From NCBI GenBank assembly GCA_030649835.1, contig JAUSES010000063.1:1-52066 (forward strand): a DNA stretch of 52,066 nucleotides, read 5' to 3'. This DNA is from a bacterium (lineage in GTDB: Bacteria; Patescibacteriota; Minisyncoccia; Phycocordibacterales; UBA1550). This document shows positions 19,416 to 30,600 of this stretch, in pieces. A model generated the notes under the pieces. That model was not told the origin of the DNA and did not search any database. It saw nothing but the letters and a program-made list of their open reading frames with translations. The translations under genes were made by a program, and so were the position numbers. Numbering within the stretch: position 1 is the stretch's first letter; each line of letters opens with the position of its first letter.

Positions 19416-20983
19416 TGAATACCATACTAATAGAAAAAATCAAAAAAGAAATTGAAGCGCTTGAACCGAAGACATCGGTGGAGCGCGTGGGTACCGTGGT
19501 CAAAGCAGGTGACGGCATTGCGGAAATCGATGGCCTTCAAAATGCGATGATGGCAGAAATGGTTATTTTTGAACATGCGGGCGGGAAGCACCTCAAGGAT
19601 ACTTTGGATGCAGAACCGATTGTAGGCTTTGTACTCAACCTTGAAGAGGATTTTGTAAAAGCAGTTATTTTATCTGGCGCTGAAAAAATAAGCGAGGGGA
19701 TGATTGTAAAAGGTACTGGAAAAACACTTTCTATTCCCGTATCAAATGGAATGGTTGGTCGCGTGGTCAATGCGCTCGGCGAGCCTATCGATGGCAAGGG
19801 TGCAATTAAAGAGGAAGACCGCATGCCTATTGAGCGTATTGCGTTTGGAGTTATCGACCGCGCAGGCGTGGATACCCCAGTGCACACAGGTATCAAGGCT
19901 ATCGACTCTATGATTCCTATCGGTCGTGGACAGCGCGAGCTCATCATTGGTGACCGTGGTACGGGCAAAACTGCTATTGCACTCGATACTATTTTGAACC
20001 AAATCACCGAGCCAAAAGAGACCCGCCCTATTTGTATTTACGTTGCTATTGGTCAAAAGGAATCAAAGATTGCACGTATTGTGGGCGAGCTCGAGGAACG
20101 CGGAGCGATGGCGTACAGTATTGTCGTCGTTGCAGGTGCATCAGAGGCGGCGGCACTTCAGTACCTCGCACCATTTACCGGCGCAACAATCGGTGAATTT
20201 TTTATGTTGAAGGGCAAAGACGCCGTAGTAGTGTATGACGACCTTTCCAAGCATGCAGTGGCGTACCGCCAGATGTCGCTCCTCCTCCGCCGTCCACCGG
20301 GACGTGAGGCGTACCCGGGAGATATTTTTTATCTACACTCACGCTTGCTCGAGCGTGCGGCAAAATTGAGTGAGAAGCTCGGTGGCGGGTCATTGACCGC
20401 GCTTCCTATTATTGAAACTCAGCAGGGCGACGTGTCTGCGTACATTCCGACCAACGTGATCTCCATCACTGACGGGCAGATTTATTTGGACACCGACCTC
20501 TTTAACAAAGGTATGCGCCCTGCGGTAAACGTGGGTCTCTCTGTGTCGCGCGTGGGCTCAAATGCGCAGACAAAGGCGATGAAAAAAGTTGCGGGTAAAA
20601 TTCGTTTGGAGCTTGCGCAGTTTCGCGAGCTGGAAGCATTTATGCAGTTTGCATCGGACTTGGACAAGGAGACAAAGGAGCGTATTGAAAAAGGTCGCCG
20701 TCTCTCTGAGCTCTTGAAGCAGACAAACGGCAGACCATTGTCATTTGAAAAGGAAGTACTCGTAATTTACGCGGGTGTAAACGGATTCATTGATAAAGTT
20801 AAAGTAGAAGACATGCGAATCTTTGAAGACAAGCTTGCGGAATACTTTGACCACCACGCGTCAGGGATTGTTGATGCAATCAAGAAGGATCGTGCGATTT
20901 CCGATGAGACCGAGGTCAAGCTAAAGCTTGCGCTCGCAGATTTTGCCACCTCACACCCTGAACTACACATTGCACATAAGTAA
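19415..20983 (+). CDS. atpA: F0F1 ATP synthase subunit alpha
   Basis: [37 protein letters not shown]. Confidence 0.98.
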   Translation: MNTILIEKIKKEIEALEPKTSVERVGTVVKAGDGIAEIDGLQNAMMAEMVIFEHAGGKHLKDTLDAEPIVGFVLNLEEDFVKAVILSGAEKISEGMIVKGTGKTLSIPVSNGMVGRVVNALGEPIDGKGAIKEEDRMPIERIAFGVIDRAGVDTPVHTGIKAIDSMIPIGRGQRELIIGDRGTGKTAIALDTILNQITEPKETRPICIYVAIGQKESKIARIVGELEERGAMAYSIVVVAGASEAAALQYLAPFTGATIGEFFMLKGKDAVVVYDDLSKHAVAYRQMSLLLRRPPGREAYPGDIFYLHSRLLERAAKLSEKLGGGSLTALPIIETQQGDVSAYIPTNVISITDGQIYLDTDLFNKGMRPAVNVGLSVSRVGSNAQTKAMKKVAGKIRLELAQFRELEAFMQFASDLDKETKERIEKGRRLSELLKQTNGRPLSFEKEVLVIYAGVNGFIDKVKVEDMRIFEDKLAEYFDHHASGIVDAIKKDRAISDETEVKLKLALADFATSHPELHIAHK

Positions 20984-20994
20984 TGCCAACTCGC

Positions 20995-21028
20995 TGTCTT
21001 TGCGAGCGCGTAGCGCGAAGCAATCCAG
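20995..21028 (+). repeat. TGTC-tagged palindromic repeat, half unit
   Basis: TGTCTTTGCGAGCGCGTAGCGCGAAGCAATCCAG between atpA and atpG. Confidence 0.8.
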
Positions 21029-21063
21029 CACCCCCTAAACCCTACTCACTAACACCTACCAAA

Positions 21064-22002
21064 ATGCCCTCAACACGCGCGATAAAAGGAAAAATACGTT
21101 CCGTCCAAAAGACACACCAAGTGACGAAAGCCATGGAGGCTGTTTCTGGTGTAAAAATGCGTAAGGCACAGCTTTCGGCACTCGTTGCGCGCCCTTACGC
21201 GATGTCAGCATTTCGTATCCTTTCTCGCATCACGCGCTCGGTAGATATTGCGAGCCATCCGCTTGTAGTGACACGCCCTATTCACCGCGTGCTTCTCGTT
21301 ATTGTCACGAGCGACAAAGGTCTCGCAGGTGGGCTCAACAGCGGTGTGACCAAACGTGCACTGCAAACACTGAGAGATATAGGTATTGCAAAGGAAAGTA
21401 CGGGTGTTCTCGCTATTGGTCGCAAGGGTGAAGACTTTTTTGCACGCCGTGGATACATCCTCGAAAAACATATTCAAACAATGAAGGATGAAAGTGCGAT
21501 TTCTGATTTTTCTAGTGTCGTGTCGCTCATAACAAAAATGTTCACTGACGGCACGTACGATGAATGTGTCCTCGTGTACACCAACTTCCGCTCTACGTTT
21601 GAGCAAGAGCCAGTGTCGAGGACGCTCCTCCCACTTTCACTCGATGGGTTGAAAGAAATGATCAAAGGCATCGTTCCAGAAAAAGGCGCATTTGCAGAGG
21701 CAAAAGTAAAAGAAGGAGTGAATGAAGATAGCCAAGCGACCTCATCGGACTACTTATTTGAGCCATCGCCAGAGGCAGTGTTTGAAACACTCATTCCACG
21801 GCTTCTCGCGATAGAGCTCCATCACGCATTCTTGGAAAGTAAAGCATCTGAGCACTCCGCACGTATGGTCGCCATGAGAAACGCCTCCGACAAAGCAGAA
21901 GAAGTCACCTTTGATCTCACTCGCGAATACAACAAGGTCCGCCAAGGTGCGATTACGAGAGAGATGAGTGAGATTATCGGGGGGATCGAAGCGATGAAAT
22001 GA
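21064..22002 (+). CDS. atpG: F0F1 ATP synthase subunit gamma
   Basis: MPSTRAIKGKI..VTKAMEAVS, TSDKGLAG, SEHSARMVAM, RQGAITRE. The longer ORF from 20983 begins in repeats. Confidence 0.95.
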   Translation: MPSTRAIKGKIRSVQKTHQVTKAMEAVSGVKMRKAQLSALVARPYAMSAFRILSRITRSVDIASHPLVVTRPIHRVLLVIVTSDKGLAGGLNSGVTKRALQTLRDIGIAKESTGVLAIGRKGEDFFARRGYILEKHIQTMKDESAISDFSSVVSLITKMFTDGTYDECVLVYTNFRSTFEQEPVSRTLLPLSLDGLKEMIKGIVPEKGAFAEAKVKEGVNEDSQATSSDYLFEPSPEAVFETLIPRLLAIELHHAFLESKASEHSARMVAMRNASDKAEEVTFDLTREYNKVRQGAITREMSEIIGGIEAMK

Positions 22003-22007
22003 TACTC

Positions 22008-22103
22008 GTAATTCCTCTTGTGCGGGGTACGGATATTTTTCTGCTGAAAAATTCCTCGTGCTCGCGTCGTCACGCTCGCAAGTCCCCGCACAAGAAGAAT
22101 TAC
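22008..22103. repeat. Structured palindromic element after atpG
   Basis: 20-bp arms GTAATTCCTCTTGTGCGGGG/CCCCGCACAAGAAGAATTAC (19/20); core CGGATATTTTTCTG.TGAAAAATTCC shared with 41153-41178. Confidence 0.7.
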
Positions 22104-22159
22104 TCGCTGTAGAGGTTGGGGAGTGGTAGAAGTACATTTTGTGGGATATACTTTCAAAT

Positions 22160-22438
22160 ATGATTAATGTCCCAAATGTAAGAATAAACGAAGTGATTGA
22201 AGTAGGAGCAAGAAGCAGTCCTTTTTCTTTGTCTCTGCGGGCCGTTGTTTGCAGTATCAATCCTGAGAAGGATTTTTTGTATGACATCGAAGTAGTGTAT
22301 CTACAAGAAGGATACAAGGCAGTGAAAGCAGAAGTGATTTGGGATGGCGAAATGTGGCAATTTAAAGATAGTTCTGGTATGGGTGTTTCTCTGAGTGAGA
22401 GCGAGAGTTACAAGTTTAAGGATATTTTAAAAAAATGA
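22160..22438 (+). CDS. Hypothetical protein (92 aa)
   Basis: TATACT at 22147 upstream; stop overlaps the next start (ATGA). Confidence 0.6.
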   Translation: MINVPNVRINEVIEVGARSSPFSLSLRAVVCSINPEKDFLYDIEVVYLQEGYKAVKAEVIWDGEMWQFKDSSGMGVSLSESESYKFKDILKK

Positions 22439-23001
22439 AATTAAAAACAAAAGATGGTAAATATTTTAGCGAATTAGGCAGTTGGAGAAGTCTAGGTACA
22501 GCAATTTTTGCAGTAATCGTTTTAAAAATGGTCCAGTTAGATTTTTTTAGCCTTTGGACTGGAACTTTTATTTTTGCAATTATCATCGGAATATTTACTT
22601 TTTTTTCAGACATAAAACAATGGTCTACGACTTTTTGGCAAAAAATTAGAGAGGTTTTTAAAAAAATACTTCAATTCTTTATAAAGAATTGGTTTTCCGC
22701 GATGTTTGTTATTCTTGCCGTGTTTGCTATCTATTGGTTTGGTGTACGTCCCGTTATTATTCGCAAGGACTGTTCAGTAGTTAAATGGATTGAGCCAGCT
22801 ACACTAGCTGAGCCAGCATCAAATAACTGGCCAGAGTGCTCAAAAGTTAATCCTTTCAATGACCCTAGTAACCCATTAGGAAGTCCTTCGTTTATTATAG
22901 ACTATTGCCACCCACCTCGACTAGCATCATCAGAAGGAAAAATGCAAAGAAAAGCGAGCGACAATGAGTATAAAATATGTCTTAGGGATAACGGTATTTA
23001 A
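22435..23001 (+). CDS. Hypothetical membrane protein with a Cys-containing C-terminal domain
   Basis: 3 predicted TM segments; four Cys in the C-terminal part. Confidence 0.65.
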   Translation: MKLKTKDGKYFSELGSWRSLGTAIFAVIVLKMVQLDFFSLWTGTFIFAIIIGIFTFFSDIKQWSTTFWQKIREVFKKILQFFIKNWFSAMFVILAVFAIYWFGVRPVIIRKDCSVVKWIEPATLAEPASNNWPECSKVNPFNDPSNPLGSPSFIIDYCHPPRLASSEGKMQRKASDNEYKICLRDNGI

Positions 23002-23012
23002 TTACTAAATAT

Positions 23013-23359
23013 ATGAGGAATAGGGGTCAGGTACCCTGGCTCAAATGGGCGTAAATGTTGGAGCAGAGGTGGATGGCAAAAATGAAAATTTTGAGAGACC
23101 TGTTTTAGTTGTGCGTGTATACAATAAAGAAACTATGCTCGTACTGCCAATTACGAGTAAGGAGAAGTCAGACGACTTTCATTACGAAATTAAAATTCAT
23201 GCAAAGAATAGCGAAACTCGAGAAGAGTATACAAAATCAGTATGGATTAAGCTCACACAAGCGCGCGTTATTAGCAACAACCGACTTTTGCGAAAAGTGG
23301 ACATTGTTCATCAAGAGGATTTTGCAAAGGTAGTGGAAGCGTTTAGAAAATATATATAA
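23013..23359 (+). pseudogene. PemK/MazF-family toxin, N-terminally truncated or frameshifted
   Basis: GVNVGAEVDGK..FERPVLVV..LPITSK..QARVISNNRL from 23045; MRNRGQVPWLK lies in a different frame upstream. Confidence 0.6.
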
Positions 23360-23565
23360 AACATCGATACCCGTCACCTTGCGGTGACGGGTATCTCGGA
23401 GGCCGAAGCCCTAATATAGATAATATATACTACTTGCGAAGAAATATCAATCTTTACAGATTGGGTTATTCACAGCCCAAAAGCTCTGATTCTTGGCTTG
23501 GTTTTTTTGGTAAAAAGTGATAGAGTTCAGGCATTAAATAAGTGAAGATCCTGTCGATGTTGATT

Positions 23566-25519
<1,954 letters not shown>

Positions 25520-25549
25520 ATTAAGGAGCAACGCGACCATAATTTATCA

Positions 25550-25682
25550 ACCCAGTTAAATGATTTCAAATTAGCAATTTATCTAACCCCCATGATAAAA
25601 TCACAAAATAGTAATAAAAAGTTCTCGGCTCAGGCAACAGAGAATTTGAAATCACGATTTGGAAAATCGCATTTAACTGGGT
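25550..25682. mobile_element. Variant miniature element (ACCCAGTTAAATG...CATTTAACTGGGT) between atpD and atpC
   Basis: 13-bp perfect TIR; inner TGATTTCAAATT/AATTTGAAATCA pairing and subterminal CGATTT/AAATCG hairpin. Confidence 0.7.
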
Positions 25683-25725
25683 GTAAGTTTTTCTAATCGT
25701 TATCACTCATAAAAAAACTAACATA

Positions 25726-25962
25726 ATGATGAAACTCACAGTAGCAAAAGTAGATGAGGTACTCTTCAAAGGTGAAGCTGCGAGCTTGTCATGCAAAGGC
25801 GACAGCGGCGACCTTACTATTCTCCCACACCACGCACCTCTCGTAACTCCTCTCAAAAAAGGTGAGTTGAAAATTGTAGATGCAGAAGGAAAAGAGACGC
25901 GCATCTTTGCAGAGAGTGGAATTCTAGAAGTGGCTAACAACGAGGCAACCGTCATTCTATAG
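25726..25962 (+). CDS. atpC: F0F1 ATP synthase subunit epsilon, beta-sandwich domain only
   Basis: GDLTILPHHAPLVTPLKKG, SGILEV; 78 aa, C-terminal helices absent. Confidence 0.9.
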   Translation: MMKLTVAKVDEVLFKGEAASLSCKGDSGDLTILPHHAPLVTPLKKGELKIVDAEGKETRIFAESGILEVANNEATVIL

Positions 25963-25993
25963 AAAATTAAAAATCCTGAAACTCGTAGCCCGT

Positions 25994-26077
25994 TGTCTTT
26001 GCGAGTACTCGAAGCAATCCACGGTTGCTTTATTAAAATTCTAGATTGCTTCGCAGGAGTACCTGCTCGCAAAGACG
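25994..26077 (+). repeat. TGTC/CGTC-tagged palindromic repeat dimer
   Basis: TGTCTTTGCGAG..GAAGCAATC...GATTGCTTCG..CTCGCAAAGACG between convergent atpC and udg. Confidence 0.85.
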
Positions 26078-26113
26078 GACACTAAAACTACGAGTGATGC
26101 AATAGTAAATTTT

Positions 26114-26692
26114 CTAACCACGATTTAATTTCTTCAATATCTTCGGAATTGTTTTAAAATCCCTTTTAAGGGTCTCTCGGAGTGAGCCGTTGTAGAGCGC
26201 TGCAGCAGGGTGGTAGAGAGGGAGAAAGTGACGAATTTTCCCAAAGTGATTGGAAGTCAAAACGACCCCATGCGCCTCAGATATTTTTTCATCAGGAAAG
26301 AAATGATTCATTGCGTGTCGTCCGAGAAAAACAATGAGGAGGGGGTTGATATGTTTTATTTCCTCCTCAAGCCACTTCGCACAGTCGGCAATTTCCTTTG
26401 GTGTTGGGTCGCGGTTTTCAGGTGGGCGGTATTTTACAATGTTCGTAATATACACATCCTCGCGCTTCATTTTTATACTTTCAAGCATCTCCGCAAGAAA
26501 CTTTCCCGCTGAACCAATAAACGGTCGCCCCTCCTTATCCTCCTTCGCCCCTGGCGCCTCACCAATAAAAACAATTTGCGCATCTGCACTGCCGTCTCCC
26601 GGAACCCCCTGTATCGCAGTCTTCCGAAGCATGCACGTACATTCAGCAAGCCACTTTTCGTGAAGTGTTTTGAGTTTATTATCTCTTTGCAT
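26114..26692 (-). CDS. udg: Uracil-DNA glycosylase, family 4
   Basis: FIGEAPG..ED..GRPFIG.AG, YITNIVKYRPPENRDP, LYHPAAALY. Confidence 0.92.
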   Translation of the reverse strand: MQRDNKLKTLHEKWLAECTCMLRKTAIQGVPGDGSADAQIVFIGEAPGAKEDKEGRPFIGSAGKFLAEMLESIKMKREDVYITNIVKYRPPENRDPTPKEIADCAKWLEEEIKHINPLLIVFLGRHAMNHFFPDEKISEAHGVVLTSNHFGKIRHFLPLYHPAAALYNGSLRETLKRDFKTIPKILKKLNRG

Positions 26693-26785
26693 ATGATGCT
26701 TACTATATCATTTTGGTAATTGCTTGACACCATTATTACTATAAGTGTAGTATGCACCTAGAATGTTGAATGAGGAGACTACCAA

Positions 26786-26968
26786 ATGAATGGAACTGTC
26801 GATACGCTCAGTGAGCTCAAGGCTCTGGTGGAAAAAGTTCAAATCAGTGATGAGGAAATAGTCTCGATGATTGGCCGACTAATGAAAGCTGAGGAAATAT
26901 TTACAGAACAACAGGAAGATCAAGCTAGAAATCTACCAGGACTGCTTGTCATTACTTATACTGTTTGA
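26786..26968 (+). CDS. Small acidic hypothetical protein (60 aa)
   Basis: SD GAGGAG; terminator 26974-27010; similar to 27102-27269. Confidence 0.7.
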   Translation: MNGTVDTLSELKALVEKVQISDEEIVSMIGRLMKAEEIFTEQQEDQARNLPGLLVITYTV

Positions 26969-27101
26969 TGGAGAAAACCGCGGCACGTTACTTACGTGGC
27001 CGCGGTTTTTATTCATATTGTGCATACTATAGCATTGTGGTTAATTTTGATTCAAATTTGTAATGTGATAGCATCTACTCAGGTCGTTTTATAAGGAGAA
27101 A

Positions 27102-27269
27102 ATGATTAACATTGTACAGTTGTGTGAGATTGTAAAAAAACGGCAAATGACCAATGCAGAAAAACTGAAATATCAAAAGCTCTTGCGTGATGCTGAGAAA
27201 AGATTCGCTAAAAAATCTGCAGAAAGAAAGCCCGATGGGGCTTTTATGAGGAGGACCTATCCGCTTTAA
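27102..27269 (+). CDS. Small basic hypothetical protein (55 aa; not in the ORF track)
   Basis: SD AAGGAG; MINIVQLCEIVKKRQMTNAEKLKYQKLLRDAEKRFAKKSAERKPDGAFMRRTYPL; terminator 27278-27315. Confidence 0.7.
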   Translation: MINIVQLCEIVKKRQMTNAEKLKYQKLLRDAEKRFAKKSAERKPDGAFMRRTYPL

Positions 27270-27313
27270 CTAAAATGAAAGGCGGTCACGTAACACACGT
27301 GACCGCCCTTTTT

Positions 27314-27820
27314 TTATATTTCGTATTTTTTGTGGTGAGTTGTCGGGAGACCTGCCTTTGCAGATTTATCAATGGTATCTTGTGTCCCAGTGCTCTCGTT
27401 TACTTGAAATGCGTGCACCTCGTCTGAATACATCACCTCTTGGTCGTGACGTAGGTTGTAGTGCTCTTGCGTTATTGTTTTGTATGGCATTTCTAAAAGG
27501 CTTGCAGGGTTTATTTTTTTGATATGTTTTAAAATAGTAGCAAGATTGTCGATTTCTTTTTGAGTGATGGGCTCATGGCACCAGTTAGTGACGTAGTCTT
27601 CAATGTAGTTTTCAAGGCGAGCGGGAATAATAACGCGAAGGTGTGAAGCGGTAGGATTTACCTTAAGCACTTCGTCCATCGCGAAATAGTCTACTCCTGT
27701 TGCCCCCCCCGTGAGCACGCCATCGCCACGTGTGACAACTTCGCGCGCAGCTTTGCGTACATCTTGCTCAACGTCAGTATTGGTGAGTCTCCATGTACCA
27801 GTGAATAGTATCCATTTCAT
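27314..27820 (-). CDS. SLOG-superfamily (DprA/LOG-like Rossmann fold) protein
   Basis: ILFTGTWR, VLTGGATGVD, STGTQDTI motifs. Confidence 0.65.
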   Translation of the reverse strand: MKWILFTGTWRLTNTDVEQDVRKAAREVVTRGDGVLTGGATGVDYFAMDEVLKVNPTASHLRVIIPARLENYIEDYVTNWCHEPITQKEIDNLATILKHIKKINPASLLEMPYKTITQEHYNLRHDQEVMYSDEVHAFQVNESTGTQDTIDKSAKAGLPTTHHKKYEI

Positions 27821-27862
27821 AGAGCCACAATACTACAATTTCGTGCTACAATCAAATCCAAT

Positions 27863-28687
27863 ATGGCAGAAAAACCTAATAAACAACCAATAGCTAGGAA
27901 AAAGACAACCTCGTGGGGAGGCGTGGCGCATTGGTATGACAAGTTGCTTGCAGATGAGGACACGTACCAAGCGCGAGTAATACTCCCCAATCTACTTAGG
28001 GCAATGAGTGATAAGAAAGGCTCGCCCGCAGAAACTTTTGAAGGAAAAAGTTTGGCGGGGGAGAAAGTGCTCGACCTCGCATGTGGGCAGGGGTTTTTCA
28101 CACAGGCGTTTTTTCAGGAAGGGGCAAAAGCGACGGGGGTAGATCTGGGAAAACAGCTCATACTTATAGCAAAGAAAAATTCCCCAAAAGAGATAGAATA
28201 CTTTGCGCAGTCGGCAGAAGACCTCTCGCTCTTTGAAGATGCTTCATTTGAGAAAATTTCAATTGTGCTCGCAATTCAAAACATTGATGCCCCACACAAA
28301 GTTTTTAAAGAATGCGCGCGCGTGCTTGTCCCCGGTGGCAAGCTTTTCATAGTGCTCAACCACCCTGCTTTCCGTATTCCAAAAGCGAGCGCATGGGGGT
28401 TTGATGAGGAAACCAAGTCACAGTATCGCCGTATCGAGAGCTATATGTCAGAATCAAAAGTGGAAATAGAGATGAATCCAAGCAAAAGGGACACGAAGAC
28501 CACGCTCTCATTCCACCGTCCTCTTCAGTACTATTTTAAAACACTAGCGAACAGTGGCTTTGCGGTTGGGCGTCTTGAGGAGTGGCTTTCACACAGAGAG
28601 AGTGAGCTTGGCCCACGAAAGAACGCCGAGGACAAAGCGCGCAAGGAAATCCCGATGTTTCTTTTTCTTGAGGCATTCAAGAAATAA
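27863..28687 (+). CDS. Class I SAM-dependent methyltransferase
   Basis: VLDLACGQG, GVDL, RVLVPGG, NHPAFR. Confidence 0.9.
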   Translation: MAEKPNKQPIARKKTTSWGGVAHWYDKLLADEDTYQARVILPNLLRAMSDKKGSPAETFEGKSLAGEKVLDLACGQGFFTQAFFQEGAKATGVDLGKQLILIAKKNSPKEIEYFAQSAEDLSLFEDASFEKISIVLAIQNIDAPHKVFKECARVLVPGGKLFIVLNHPAFRIPKASAWGFDEETKSQYRRIESYMSESKVEIEMNPSKRDTKTTLSFHRPLQYYFKTLANSGFAVGRLEEWLSHRESELGPRKNAEDKARKEIPMFLFLEAFKK

Positions 28688-28692
28688 GTAAT

Positions 28693-29646
28693 ATGCTAAA
28701 AAAACTCCCGATAATTTTTGTAGGACTTCTCACTATCGCGAGTGTGGGGCTACTTTTGTATCCATTTTTTCGGGAGATAGATGAACCACAGAACGTCACG
28801 CAAGGAGTTTCAAAGAAAGTAATTCCCGCACAGACTCCACCAAAAAAAGTAGTCGCTAAAACGACTGCACCAGTAAAATCAAATACCACGGTAGTACAAA
28901 AGGCTGTAAGCACGGAGAAAGAAGTTGTTGCGCCGGGGCCACTGCGGGCGACAACTCCGCCACAGAGCAACTCAGCACTCACTGTTTCTGGAATCATAGA
29001 ACATACAAATATTGAACGTGCGCAAAACGGGGGACTCTCGCCACTCACTGAAAATTATTTACTTGACCGCGATGCACAGATGAAAGTGGATGATATGTTT
29101 GCGAAGCAATATTTTGAACACGTATCACCGTCGGGTGTGGGACCTTCAGATTTGGCACAGGCAGTGGGGTACGGCTATGTGGTGGTGGGGGAGAACCTTG
29201 CGCTTGGGGATTTTAATGGTGACCTCGGTGTGGTAACGGCGTGGATGAATAGCCCTGGGCACCGCGCTAATATTTTGAAACCACAGTATCGGGAGATCGG
29301 TGTTGCGGTGGGGCGGGGAATGTACGAAGGTCGCATGACATGGCTTGCGGTGCAAAGTTTTGGTGTGCCACTTTCTGCATGTCCTTCAAGTGATGCAAAC
29401 CTGAAAGCACAGATAGATGCAAACAATACCAGCATCACGAGTATGCGCGCGGCGCTTGATGCAAAAAAAGCACAGCTAGATAGTACCCCCACAAATGACC
29501 CAAACTACAACACTTACGTTAACGAATATAATGCAATGTTGCCAGACTACAACAGTTTAGTAGAGACAAACCGCGCAAATGTCACCACCTACAACGCCGG
29601 CGTGCAGGCATTCAATGCGTGCATCGCAGAGGCGAGCGGACACTAA
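28693..29646 (+). CDS. CAP/SCP-domain secreted protein with a C-terminal coiled coil
   Basis: N-terminal TM; TNIER, YFEHVSP, GENLA, WMNSPGHRANIL. Confidence 0.9.
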   Translation: MLKKLPIIFVGLLTIASVGLLLYPFFREIDEPQNVTQGVSKKVIPAQTPPKKVVAKTTAPVKSNTTVVQKAVSTEKEVVAPGPLRATTPPQSNSALTVSGIIEHTNIERAQNGGLSPLTENYLLDRDAQMKVDDMFAKQYFEHVSPSGVGPSDLAQAVGYGYVVVGENLALGDFNGDLGVVTAWMNSPGHRANILKPQYREIGVAVGRGMYEGRMTWLAVQSFGVPLSACPSSDANLKAQIDANNTSITSMRAALDAKKAQLDSTPTNDPNYNTYVNEYNAMLPDYNSLVETNRANVTTYNAGVQAFNACIAEASGH

Positions 29647-29670
29647 TTTATATTTGTCTAAACTAATTCA

Positions 29671-29791
29671 CCTATACACGTATAATTTACTATTCTCAAA
29701 CGAGCGAGCGAAACACAAACGTGGAGTTTGTATTTCCGAGCGAGTGCTGAGAATATTGTACCCAGTTATATAGACCAAATACGTGTATAGG
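29671..29791. mobile_element. MITE-like element with 13-bp TIRs
   Basis: CCTATACACGTAT/ATACGTGTATAGG; nested TATTCTCA/TGAGAATA and GAAACACAAAC/GTTTGTATTTC stems. Confidence 0.55.
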
Positions 29792-29848
29792 CGGTATCCA
29801 ACATTTTTTTGTTTGCTAGAAAAGGGAATTTCTGATAAAGTCATACCT

Positions 29849-30073
29849 ATGATAAAAGAATTTTTACTAAAACAAGTTATAAAAAGACAGCTCAAAGGGG
29901 TGCCAGAGGCTGAGGTAGACCGCATTTTGGCCATTGTTGAAAAGAACCCAGACCTATTTAAAAAAATTGGTGATGAGATAAAAGCAAAAGTAAAGAGTGG
30001 TCGCTCTGAGCAAGCAGCTTCTATGGAAGTGATGCGGGCGCATCAGGGCGAGCTCCAGAAAGTTTTGAAATAA
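29849..30073 (+). CDS. Small helical hypothetical protein (74 aa)
   Basis: Plausible ATG at 29849; helical composition (EKNPDLFKKI). Confidence 0.7.
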   Translation: MIKEFLLKQVIKRQLKGVPEAEVDRILAIVEKNPDLFKKIGDEIKAKVKSGRSEQAASMEVMRAHQGELQKVLK

Positions 30074-30103
30074 TTGTATATTTAAGGTAATATTGACCTA
30101 ATT

Positions 30104-30529
30104 ATGGAAACTAAAGATTTTCAAAAAATGCTTGATGGGCAAGCACAACAGATTGAACGCTACATGGGCGTTTTGAAGGAGGATTTTGAAAGCCAATTAA
30201 AGGGAGTTGCTGATGCTGTGGTTATGACACGAGATGTTCTTGAGAAAAGACTGGATACACATACGGAAATGATCGGCAATCTCATGGAAGATATGGCAGT
30301 AGTAAAATCAGACGTCAGTAATCTTAAGGAAGATATGGCAGTAGTAAAATCAGACGTCAGTAATCTCATGGAGGATATGGCGATAGTAAAAGCGGACGTC
30401 GCCAGTCTCACGGAGGATATGGCCGTGGTAAAATCAGATGTCGGAGACATTAAAGATGAAATAAAAAGAAAGGTTGATTATGAAGAGTTTGTCTCCCTTA
30501 AAACAAAATTTGAAAAAGCAATGGCTTAA
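30104..30529 (+). CDS. Coiled-coil protein with four 14-aa repeats
   Basis: (N/S)L.EDMAVVKSDV. repeated four times. Confidence 0.75.
   Translation: METKDFQKMLDGQAQQIERYMGVLKEDFESQLKGVADAVVMTRDVLEKRLDTHTEMIGNLMEDMAVVKSDVSNLKEDMAVVKSDVSNLMEDMAIVKADVASLTEDMAVVKSDVGDIKDEIKRKVDYEEFVSLKTKFEKAMA
30278..30445 (+). repeat. Coding tandem repeat, 4 x 42 bp
   Basis: Unit AATCTCATGGAAGATATGGCAGTAGTAAAATCAGACGTCAGT, contiguous, no spacers. Confidence 0.9.
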
Positions 30530-30600
30530 ATGTTTAGAAGAAAGCTTTGCATGAAATTGTATTCCTAATGGCTAAACCCTAACACCCAACACCTATTCCC

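Noticed and set aside
20983-21063. N-terminal extension of AtpG in the ORF track
   Set aside because: It translates a palindromic repeat and a heptamer tract; the recognisable AtpG starts at 21064.
25726-25962. atpC (and alaS) as truncated pseudogenes
   Set aside because: Both end cleanly at domain boundaries with no downstream remnant; better read as short functional forms.
30278-30445. Possible CRISPR array
   Set aside because: Units are contiguous without unique spacers, in frame in a coiled-coil ORF, and no cas genes are present.
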